Below, one piece after another: positions 1-6,909 of a stretch of 41,626 nucleotides of DNA. This DNA is from a virus. How positions within the stretch are numbered: the first letter of the stretch is position 1; each line of letters opens with the position of its first letter. The position numbers and the translations under genes were made by a program. The notes under the pieces were generated by a model, which saw nothing but the letters and a program-made list of their open reading frames with translations, was not told the origin of the DNA and searched no databases. Location of the stretch: the IMG/VR virus record IMGVR_UViG_3300046459_000234, positions 1-41,626 of that record. One strand, written 5' to 3'.

Positions 1-127
1 CGATCGCCGAGCCGATACGGCCGGGCAGGCCGCGGGCCCACGCGATCGCCTCGCCGGCCTTCGTGATGATCGTTTCTTTGAACCGGGACAGGGCCGACCG
101 TGCGCGCTCCGCGAGCTGTCCCGCGAG
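1..127. repeat. Left copy of exact 127-bp terminal direct repeat
   Basis: Bases 1-127 (cgatcgccgagccgatacgg...cgagctgtcccgcgag) are identical to 41500-41626. Confidence 0.97.
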
Positions 128-1777
128 GGGGCCGAGGGCCGAGGCCGCGCGGCCGGGTAGTCCCTTGATCCAGTCGACCGCGGCGGATATGCCCTTACCG
201 ACCCACTCGCCGATCTTGGTCGCGGCCTCGCCGATCAGTTTTCCGGCGTTGGATACGGCCGTCTTGGCCAACTCCCACGCCTTGCCGAAGTCTCCGGAGA
301 GCAACGCGACGATGGCGCCGATGATCGGTACGACCACCTGCTCGGTCACCGCGGCGAGGCCGTTCGCGAGGATGGACGCGAGCTGTCCCACCAGGCCGAT
401 CAACGGCTCGATGATCGGCATAAGGGCCGTGAGGGCGCCGATCAGCAGCTCGCCGATAGCGGGCAGCAGGGGCGCCAGTGCTACCAGGATTTGCCCGAAC
501 GCCTCGCCGATGGTGGCGAGGGCGGGCGACAGGGCGACGATCAGCCTCGCCAGAATCGGGAGGACCGTTTCGGCAAGATCGCCGAGCATCGTCGCGAACG
601 GAGCGATCAGGCCGGGCAGCTGCGCAATGATCGGTTTCAACGCGCCCGCAAGCGCGTTGACCAGCAGCATGACCACCGGCGCGGCCTGGGCGATCACGTC
701 GCCCACGGCCGTGAGCAGTGGCGTGACGGCGGGCAGCAGCGAGGCGACCAACTCGCCGATGACGGGCAGGATCGGCGACAGGGCGTCGATCAGTACGCCG
801 AAGCTGTCCGCGGCGGCGGCGAGGACCGGGCCGAGGGCGTCGACGATCGGTAGCAGGGCCTCGCCGAGCGAGGTCGCCAGTCGTGCGAGGGGCGGGCCGA
901 GCGAGGCGAGCGCGGGGCCGAGGGCGCCCGCGAGGGACTTGATCAGCGGGCCGAGGGCGCCCGCGAGGGCGGACAGGACGGGCCCGCCGGCCTCGGCGAG
1001 GGCGCCGATCAGTTCGCCCAGTGCGGGCAGGATCTCGCCGACCGCGCCGAACAGGCCGCCCAGTCCCTCGGCGGCGCCGCCGGCGCCGGACGCGACGCCC
1101 TCGAAGAATCCGCCGATGCCGTCGCCGACCGCGCCGAGGCCGGTCGACAGTGCTTCGATGACCGGGCCGGCGGCCTCGACCGCGGCGACCAGGCCGGGCA
1201 TGGCGCCCTTGGCGAGGGCGCCGATGCCCTCGACCAGCGGCTCGACCAGCGGGGCGACGCCCTCGAACAGGGCGCCGATCTGCGGGGCGAGGTCGTCGAA
1301 AATGCCGCCCAGCTGGTCAGCTGCGTTGACGAACGGTTCGACCAGCGGGGCGGCGAGTTCCTGCATTCGCCCCTTGACGTGCTCCGACAGGTCGGTAAAC
1401 GCGCCCTTGACCTGCTCGTTCTCGGCGAGGACTTTCGCGCCGAGGCCGATCACGGCCAGGGGGACGGCGGCGAGGGCGCCCGCGGCGGCCAGGGCGCCGC
1501 CGGCGAGCAGCTTCGTACTGGTCGCCGCTACGCCGAGCAGGGGGCCGATACCGGCGAGGCCGCGCCCCGCTTCCTCGGCGCCCCCTCCGATGCCGTCGCC
1601 GAGGGCGCCGCCCATCTCTGCGCCGGCCGCGACGAACCGGCCGCGCATGTCCCTGAGTCGGCCGTCGGCGTCCCGCTGGAGTCCAGCGAGGGCGGCCTCG
1701 GTACGGTCGACTCCGGCCTGTGCCCCGGAATCGTCGAGGTCGATGAAACCGACCAACTCGCCGATGGTGAGGGACAT
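1..1777 (-). CDS. Tape measure protein, N-terminal part (continues across the circular junction to 41048)
   Basis: This ORF is missing from the track because it runs off the window. ATG at 1777 (MSLTIGELVGFIDLDD...) follows a GGGGGG run. The sequence has Ala/Gly/Leu/Pro-rich helical repeats (..GALGPLIKSLAGALGP..). 1777 nt here plus 452 nt (41048-41499) gives 2229 nt, or 742 aa, in frame. It sits directly after the G/GT chaperones. Confidence 0.85.
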   Translation of the reverse strand, partial: MSLTIGELVGFIDLDDSGAQAGVDRTEAALAGLQRDADGRLRDMRGRFVAAGAEMGGALGDGIGGGAEEAGRGLAGIGPLLGVAATSTKLLAGGALAAAGALAAVPLAVIGLGAKVLAENEQVKGAFTDLSEHVKGRMQELAAPLVEPFVNAADQLGGIFDDLAPQIGALFEGVAPLVEPLVEGIGALAKGAMPGLVAAVEAAGPVIEALSTGLGAVGDGIGGFFEGVASGAGGAAEGLGGLFGAVGEILPALGELIGALAEAGGPVLSALAGALGPLIKSLAGALGPALASLGPPLARLATSLGEALLPIVDALGPVLAAAADSFGVLIDALSPILPVIGELVASLLPAVTPLLTAVGDVIAQAAPVVMLLVNALAGALKPIIAQLPGLIAPFATMLGDLAETVLPILARLIVALSPALATIGEAFGQILVALAPLLPAIGELLIGALTALMPIIEPLIGLVGQLASILANGLAAVTEQVVVPIIGAIVALLSGDFGKAWELAKTAVSNAGKLIGEAATKIGEWVGKGISAAVDWIKGLPGRAASALGPLAGQLAERARSALSRFKETIITKAGEAIAWARGLPGRIGSAI

Positions 1778-1828
1778 TTGGCACCCCCCATCGGCACGCG
1801 CCGCGCGCTATTCAGTTGTGGTTGTTGA

Positions 1829-2505
1829 TCACCGCCCGGTGAGTCGGGCGATCTCGTCGGGGTCCGACACGACGCGGGGTGTGTTCCGCCACGCGTGCGC
1901 GAACCGAGACTCGGAGGGGAGGCCGGACAGGCGGACCAGAAGCGCGCGGGTGGACAGGCGCGCGATGTCCTCGGCCGACAGGCCGTACGTCTGGGCGAGG
2001 TCGGACTCGACCGCGGCCCAGTTGGTCAGGACCGCGGCCCAGAACTCCGCGGCTTGCCCTTGCCCTTGCCCTTGTTGCCCTTCGGCTTGGGCTTGGCCGG
2101 GGCCCGCCGCGGTGCTGCTTTTCCCTTGGTGGCCTCGCGCTCGTCGTACAGCTGCGCGGCGCGTTCCATGGACACGACGCCCGGTTCGGCGACGTTGGCG
2201 GTCGCCCACAGAAGGACGATGCCGAGGTGACGGTCGGACATACCGGCCTCGGTCCAGTGGTCGACGGCGTCCGGGCCGAACAGGGAACCGAGCAGGCGCC
2301 GGATGTCCTCGGGCCGGGCCGAGTGCTGCACGCGGTGCAGCTGGAGCGTGAACAGGGCGGGCAGGGTCGGGGGCAGGGTGTACGTGCGCCCGTACAGGCG
2401 GAGCGGTACGCCCTTGAGTTCCGGCTCGGCCTGCTCGGCGAAGAACGCGTCAAAGTCGGCGACCTCGACGCCGTCCTCGGCCGGCTCGATCGTGGGATCG
2501 GTCAC
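1829..2505 (-). CDS. Tail assembly chaperone GT fusion (made by -1 programmed frameshift)
   Basis: The G frame (2026-2505) and the overlapping ORF 1829-2209 are related by -1. The T frame is open across the slippery site (..QGKSSTAAGPGQ..AAEFWAAVLTNW..) and ends 50 nt before the TMP start. Confidence 0.75.
2026..2505 (-). CDS. Tail assembly chaperone G
   Basis: GTG at 2505 overlaps the major tail stop (GTGA). The product is 159 aa with an acidic N-terminus and a Lys/Gly-rich tail. Its position between major tail and TMP is canonical. Confidence 0.8.
   Translation of the reverse strand: MTDPTIEPAEDGVEVADFDAFFAEQAEPELKGVPLRLYGRTYTLPPTLPALFTLQLHRVQHSARPEDIRRLLGSLFGPDAVDHWTEAGMSDRHLGIVLLWATANVAEPGVVSMERAAQLYDEREATKGKAAPRRAPAKPKPKGNKGKGKGKPRSSGPRS
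2119..2125 (-). other. -1 ribosomal frameshift slippery heptamer G_GGA_AAA
   Basis: The plus strand reads ttttccc, so the minus strand reads GGGAAAA. In the G frame this is AAG GGA AAA. After slippage the next codons read AGC AGC ACC (SST), matching the T-frame translation. Confidence 0.75.
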
Positions 2506-2957
2506 GGGGCCGTCACCACCTGGGCGACAGTCGGGGCGCCGCAGCGGGTGAACGTCGCGCCCCAACTGGTCTTGGCGTTGGTCTCGCCGCCCTGCTCGCC
2601 GGGTGTGACCGTGCATTCCCACACGGTCCATTCGTCCTGTGAGACGTGGCGGTACCGCATGGTCCCGCGCGACTCCTCGCCGAACCGGTACGCCCACGTC
2701 TTGTCGATGTAGTCCTGTCCGGCGTCGGGGGTGCCGGCCGTGGCCGCGTACAGGCCGCTAACCTCGATGGTCGCGCCGCGCTGCATCACGTCCTGTTCGT
2801 AATACCCGTCGCTGTCGAACGTGGTCGTGTCGGCGGTCTCTTCGTTCTCGCCGGGGTTGTGTGTCCAGCTGGTGAGGTTGCCGAGGCGTACGAAGGTGCC
2901 CGCTGTAGCGGTCTCGACCTCGAACTCCCAGCCGCGTGCGTCGATGGGCCGTCCCAT
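2502..2957 (-). CDS. Major tail protein
   Basis: 151 aa (MGRPIDARGWEFEVETATAGTFVRLGNLTSW...), Thr/Gly/Glu-rich and likely a beta-sandwich. It lies immediately upstream of G/GT. Confidence 0.8.
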   Translation of the reverse strand: MGRPIDARGWEFEVETATAGTFVRLGNLTSWTHNPGENEETADTTTFDSDGYYEQDVMQRGATIEVSGLYAATAGTPDAGQDYIDKTWAYRFGEESRGTMRYRHVSQDEWTVWECTVTPGEQGGETNAKTSWGATFTRCGAPTVAQVVTAP

Positions 2958-2968
2958 GCGGGGGCCTC

Positions 2969-3397
2969 CTATTCGGTGCGGTGGTCAGTGGGGGCCGACA
3001 CGTCAAGGTCGAAATTGACGACGTGCTCATGTCGGCCGGCGGAATCGGGGCCCATCGGGGCCGGGGTGCCGCGCGCGGCGGCGAGCACAAGCCATGTGCC
3101 GTCGGGCAGCTCCACGCCGGCGAGGCCGTGCAACGCGCTGTAGATCGCCCAGCAGCGGCGGCGCGAGACGCGCGGGTCGGGCCCGCCGCGTACGCGCACC
3201 TGTAGGCGCGGGGTGTCGTAGGCGTTGCGGGTGTCGGGCGCCTCGCCGTCGTACAGCCACACGGCGACCGCAGCATCGGGCGCGGGGGGCATCGTCTCGA
3301 CGAACAGATCGCCGGCCGTGCCGGTCGGGTCGTAGGTGACCAGGCCGCGCGCGGCGAGCAGCTGGGCGACGCCGTCGAGCGGGTCGAGGTCAGCCAC
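2969..3397 (-). CDS. Tail terminator / neck protein
   Basis: 142 aa, located between the gp10-like protein and the major tail protein. Amino acid composition is non-artefactual. The call rests on position. Confidence 0.6.
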   Translation of the reverse strand: MADLDPLDGVAQLLAARGLVTYDPTGTAGDLFVETMPPAPDAAVAVWLYDGEAPDTRNAYDTPRLQVRVRGGPDPRVSRRRCWAIYSALHGLAGVELPDGTWLVLAAARGTPAPMGPDSAGRHEHVVNFDLDVSAPTDHRTE

Positions 3398-3743
3398 GGA
3401 GCGACCTCCGCAGCTGCGCGGCGATGATCGCCGCGATGTTGTCGGCCTGCTCGGTGAGGGGGCGTTCGAGGTACTTCGCGGTCCGGCCGGCGTCGTGCCG
3501 GTAGTTCAGTTCCTCGTGTTGCCTGATCGCGTACGGGGTGTCGTACGAAACGGCGGCCGTGAGGCTCGACTCGTCGACCGTGGCCACGCCGGATCGTTCG
3601 AGGGTCGCCTCTTCGATCGGGACGACCTTCCTCGACTCGGCGAGGACGTGCTCGGCGGCGATCCGCAGACCTCGCACGGCCCCGGCGCGGGTGCCGCGCA
3701 TGGCAGCGGCGCCGTTCCACCGGAGGCGGGCGCGTTGGGTCAC
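3390..3743 (-). CDS. HK97 gp10-like tail completion protein
   Basis: Motif ..YAIRQHEELNYRHDAGRTAKYLERPL.. is typical of the HK97 gp10 family. GTG at 3743 overlaps the upstream stop (GTGA). Confidence 0.75.
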   Translation of the reverse strand: MTQRARLRWNGAAAMRGTRAGAVRGLRIAAEHVLAESRKVVPIEEATLERSGVATVDESSLTAAVSYDTPYAIRQHEELNYRHDAGRTAKYLERPLTEQADNIAAIIAAQLRRSLRG

Positions 3744-4057
3744 TCGGCGCTCACCTCCGTGCACTGCGGTACCGGGAGGCCCGGCGCGGTGTGGTGGGCG
3801 ACGTTGATCGCCTTGGTGGTGCGGCCGTCGGGGAGGGTGATCCGCGACTCGGCCGGGCAGTCGAGGCCGGGCTCGGCGATGATCTGCGCGGTGCTGGTGA
3901 CCTCGCGGCCCTCGCGGTTGCGCACGGTCCGGATCGTCTCGGCGACCAGGGCCGGCACGTCCTCGACGGGCGGGCCGTACTGCGGGCCGTACGCGCTGTC
4001 GCCGCGGTACGGCTCGACCTTGATCCGGTGGCGGAGCAGGTACCGAGGGACGTTCAC
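3740..4057 (-). CDS. Head closure / head-tail adaptor protein
   Basis: 105 aa (VNVPRYLLRHRIKVEPYRGDSAYGP...). GTG at 4057 overlaps the upstream stop (GTGA). The Arg-rich upstream part of track ORF 3740-4252 was trimmed. Confidence 0.65.
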   Translation of the reverse strand: MNVPRYLLRHRIKVEPYRGDSAYGPQYGPPVEDVPALVAETIRTVRNREGREVTSTAQIIAEPGLDCPAESRITLPDGRTTKAINVAHHTAPGLPVPQCTEVSAE

Positions 4058-4443
4058 CAGATCACCCCCGGCAGCAGGCCGGCCCGTGTGAGCGCGCGGT
4101 GTGCGCGCGGGGCGAGGTCTACGTCGGCGGCGGCCTGGGGGTTGTCGCGGCGGTCTCCGAGGGATACGGGACCGATCGAGACGCTTCCCCACTTCCCGGC
4201 GGCGCCGGTGCCGTCGTCGCCCGTGGCGAGCTGGTACTCGACCTGGGCACACACGGCGTCGGCGAGCGCGCTCACGACGACCGGGTCAGTCGGCATGCCG
4301 GCGCTGTTCACCGCGTAGCAGGCGGTGAGTAGGGCGTCGTCGATGTCCTCGGACGCCCGCGCGAGCAGCCGCTCGGCGTCGGCCGGGGCCGGCTGGCCGG
4401 TCCACGCCGTGAACTGCTCGGGGGTGGCGTAGGAACGGCCCAC
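4054..4443 (-). CDS. Head-tail connector protein (gp6-like)
   Basis: 129 aa (MGRSYATPEQFTAWTG..AERLLARASEDIDDAL..), the typical N-terminus of gp6-like connectors. Confidence 0.75.
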   Translation of the reverse strand: MGRSYATPEQFTAWTGQPAPADAERLLARASEDIDDALLTACYAVNSAGMPTDPVVVSALADAVCAQVEYQLATGDDGTGAAGKWGSVSIGPVSLGDRRDNPQAAADVDLAPRAHRALTRAGLLPGVIW

Positions 4444-4446
4444 CGG

Positions 4447-4863
4447 TCACCCCTCCTTGCTGGTCTTCTCCGGGGTCGCCTTGGCCGCGGTGCGCGTGGT
4501 GCGCGGCTTGCGCTTCGGCGCCTCGGCCGGCTCGACCGGCGCAGGCTCGATGCCGGGCGCGACGGACTCGGGCCCGTGCGGGTTGACCTCGCCGGCCCCG
4601 GACGGCGGACGGTGGTCGCCCTCGCGGGGGTCGACCGCTCCATCGCGCAGCGCGGTACCGACCTGCTCGACCTCGACCTCGCGCGGGTCGACGGGCTCGG
4701 CCGGCTCGTCCGGCTCGGGCGCGGCCTGGTCGACGCCGTACCCGCGGCGCCGCGCGTACGCGATGATCGCCGGGTCGTTCGTCGTGGCCTTGCCGTTGCG
4801 GAACTTGAGGCCGGCCGGGCCGTCGCCCTCGAACCCTGGGACGGGACTGTGAAGGGTCGTCAT
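4447..4863 (-). CDS. Hypothetical head-associated protein
   Basis: 138 aa (MTTLHSPVPGFEGDGPAGLKFRNGKATTNDPAIIAYARRRGYGV...) with a Pro/Glu-rich tail. ATG at 4863 overlaps the capsid stop (TGATG). Confidence 0.6.
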   Translation of the reverse strand: MTTLHSPVPGFEGDGPAGLKFRNGKATTNDPAIIAYARRRGYGVDQAAPEPDEPAEPVDPREVEVEQVGTALRDGAVDPREGDHRPPSGAGEVNPHGPESVAPGIEPAPVEPAEAPKRKPRTTRTAAKATPEKTSKEG

Positions 4864-5828
4864 CAGCCGGCCACCTTCACGCCACGCAGAACGGCCGCGG
4901 CCTTGGTGGCCTTGAGGGCGACGCCCACCGGCCCCATTTCGACCTCGCCCGTCTTGACGGCGCCCGACGTGGTGAAGTCGGGGAGCCACTGACGGACCAG
5001 GTTCCCGCCCGTGGTGCTGATGCCGTGGAACCCGTCGACGCCGATCCGAACGGCGTAGATGTCCGTGGTTCCCGCGGTGGCGTCGGTCGGGATCACGGGG
5101 TCGTTGCTGCCGGCCTTGGCGCCGAGGTCGATCAGCGGCACGCCCCGCCACGTGGTGATCGTGCGGCCGAACGCGTCGAGGGTGCCCAGCTGCGAGACGA
5201 AATCGGCGATCGTCTCCAGTGCGGCGAGGGCGTCCGCGTTCATGAGCAGCGCGGTAGGCGAACCGTCCAGCTTCGCGTACAGCTTGCGAAGGTGCTTGAG
5301 GGCGGCGATGCCGCTCGCCTGGGAGTTGACGGCCGACCAGTCGTACCCGGCGGCGGTGCCGAGGGTCAGTTCGGTGCTCGACCCGGTGAGGGCCTTGTCG
5401 AGGCCGTCGAACGAGTCGGCATCGACCGCGGAGTCACCGTTGATCACGGCATCGGAAAACGTCGAGTTGGCGGCCTTGATCTTCTGCGTCATCTGGAGGC
5501 TGACCTCGTTGGACGCGGCCGGGCCGAGGTTCGCGAGGACGCGGTCGATCTGGAACGCGCCGCCCAGAACCTTGAGGTCCGTCGTGTACCGCTGGCGCGT
5601 GACCTCCTGCGGCGCGTACTCGGTGTTCAGCGCACGGAATCCGGCGGTGGGCTGAGTGATCAGCCGCGTGTACCCGTACGTGAGGGTCGCGCCCCCGCCG
5701 GCCGGGTTGACCACGTCGTCGAACACCATGTTGTCGAGCAGCCACGACGACTTGCGGAATTCGTCGATGACCATGAGGTCGATGTCGTCCTGCGTGTTGA
5801 GCTTTGCCTGTGCGAGGGTCACGGCCAT
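4863..5828 (-). CDS. Major capsid protein
   Basis: 321 aa (MAVTLAQAKLNTQDDIDLMVIDEFRKSSWLLDNMVFDD...). It follows the scaffold gene and has balanced composition. Confidence 0.85.
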   Translation of the reverse strand: MAVTLAQAKLNTQDDIDLMVIDEFRKSSWLLDNMVFDDVVNPAGGGATLTYGYTRLITQPTAGFRALNTEYAPQEVTRQRYTTDLKVLGGAFQIDRVLANLGPAASNEVSLQMTQKIKAANSTFSDAVINGDSAVDADSFDGLDKALTGSSTELTLGTAAGYDWSAVNSQASGIAALKHLRKLYAKLDGSPTALLMNADALAALETIADFVSQLGTLDAFGRTITTWRGVPLIDLGAKAGSNDPVIPTDATAGTTDIYAVRIGVDGFHGISTTGGNLVRQWLPDFTTSGAVKTGEVEMGPVGVALKATKAAAVLRGVKVAG

Positions 5829-5848
5829 GGGGTGTTACTCCTGGGGTT

Positions 5849-6622
5849 TCAGCCGCCCAGACGGGCGGCGATTGCGTCGGTGAGGGTGGCGGGCTTGCGG
5901 TCGCCCGTCGGGGCGCCCTGGAACTCGGCGCCGCCCCGCGCGGGCCCGGCGGCCGTGGCGCGGTAGAGGTCGGGGTCGGTCGCGACCTCGTCGGTAATGG
6001 CCTTCTTGAGGGCGTCGGCGAATCCCTCGGCGGTCGGGTCGAGGGCGGCGAGCTTGTCCGCGAAAGAGCGGGAGTTGAGCAGGCGCGCAGCATTCGCGCC
6101 CTCGGCGCCGGCGGCGCGGTACGCGGCGAGTTCGGAGCGCGCGGCGCGCAGCTGCCCGGACAGGTCGGCGACCTGCTCAGTGAGCTTGGCCGGGTCCGGC
6201 GGGCCGTCGTCCTGGACGATGCCGAGGGCCTTCCCGATCTGCTGGGCGATCTCCTGGCGCGCGTCCTCGGCGGCCTTCTGCTTCGCCGTGACGCGACCCT
6301 TACCGGCCTCGGCGCGGGCGTCCGTGAGGGCCTTCTGTGCCCACGCGGGGAGGGTGGATTCGTCGCCCTCGGCGCCCTGCTGCGGCGGCGCGGCCGGCTT
6401 CACAACGGGCGGGACCTGCCCGCCCTGTCCGGCGCCCTGCTGGCCGGCCGGGTCGCCCTGCTGTCCGGCGGGGTCGCCGCCCTGCTGGCCGGCCGGGTCG
6501 CCGCCCTGTCCGCCGTCGCCGGCGCCGCTGGCGTAGACAACGGGAGAGAACGGGTCGAGGCCGTACGGGTGGGCCCAACCGGCGCCGTCGAGGCGGTGGC
6601 GGGCGAGGGTGCGCGTGCGCAT
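5849..6622 (-). CDS. Capsid scaffolding protein
   Basis: ATG at 6622 lies 8 nt after AGGAG; the track start at 6631 is a GTG. The protein has GDPAGQQG repeats followed by a long coiled-coil (..AELAAYRAAGAEGANAARLL..). It lies directly upstream of the capsid gene. Confidence 0.75.
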   Translation of the reverse strand: MRTRTLARHRLDGAGWAHPYGLDPFSPVVYASGAGDGGQGGDPAGQQGGDPAGQQGDPAGQQGAGQGGQVPPVVKPAAPPQQGAEGDESTLPAWAQKALTDARAEAGKGRVTAKQKAAEDARQEIAQQIGKALGIVQDDGPPDPAKLTEQVADLSGQLRAARSELAAYRAAGAEGANAARLLNSRSFADKLAALDPTAEGFADALKKAITDEVATDPDLYRATAAGPARGGAEFQGAPTGDRKPATLTDAIAARLGG

Positions 6623-6675
6623 GGGGTGCACTCCTGGTGCGTCGGGCCCGCTCCTGGCGGGCGCGTTCGGGCATG

Positions 6676-6702
6676 CAAAAGGGCCCGCACCTGGCGGGCC
6701 CT
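6676..6702 (-). terminator. Intrinsic terminator inside the late operon
   Basis: The minus strand reads AGGGCCCGC-CAGGT-GCGGGCCCT followed by TTT. The stem is a perfect 9 bp. Confidence 0.6.
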
Positions 6703-6727
6703 CGGGTCGTGCTGTCAGTGGGGTGTG

Positions 6728-6898
6728 CTAGTCGGCGCGGTCCTTCTCGCGCGCGCGGCGGGCGGGCGCGTAGCCCTTGACCCATGCCGTACGGAGGATC
6801 GAGTCACGCGGGTACGGGCAGGCTGTCGGCTCCTGGCCGGCGGTGCCTGCCTCGCGGCCCTTGGTGACTGCCTCGACGATCTGCTCGCGCGTGCCCAC
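6728..6898 (-). CDS. Rmf/CrpP-like small protein (56 aa, absent from the ORF track)
   Basis: GTG at 6898 follows TAAGGGGGCGCAGC. Translation: VGTREQIVEAVTKGREAGTAGQEPTACPYPRDSILRTAWVKGYAPARRAREKDRAD. The pattern G-x2-AG-x-AG-x5-CPY-x6-R-x2-W-x2-GY resembles ribosome modulation factor / CrpP. Confidence 0.55.
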   Translation of the reverse strand: MGTREQIVEAVTKGREAGTAGQEPTACPYPRDSILRTAWVKGYAPARRAREKDRAD

Positions 6899-6909
6899 GC
6901 TGCGCCCCC

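Noticed and set aside
63-2351. 762-aa plus-strand ORF, the longest in the track at the left end
   Set aside because: It is antisense to the tape-measure and chaperone genes. Its composition is almost entirely Ala/Pro/Arg/Ser/Gly with no hydrophobic core pattern. The minus-strand frame gives a coherent TMP that closes in frame across the circular junction.
6390-6530. Tandem roughly 21-24-nt repeats that look array-like
   Set aside because: They encode the in-frame GDPAGQQG repeats of the scaffold protein. There is no spacer/repeat alternation, so this is not a CRISPR array.
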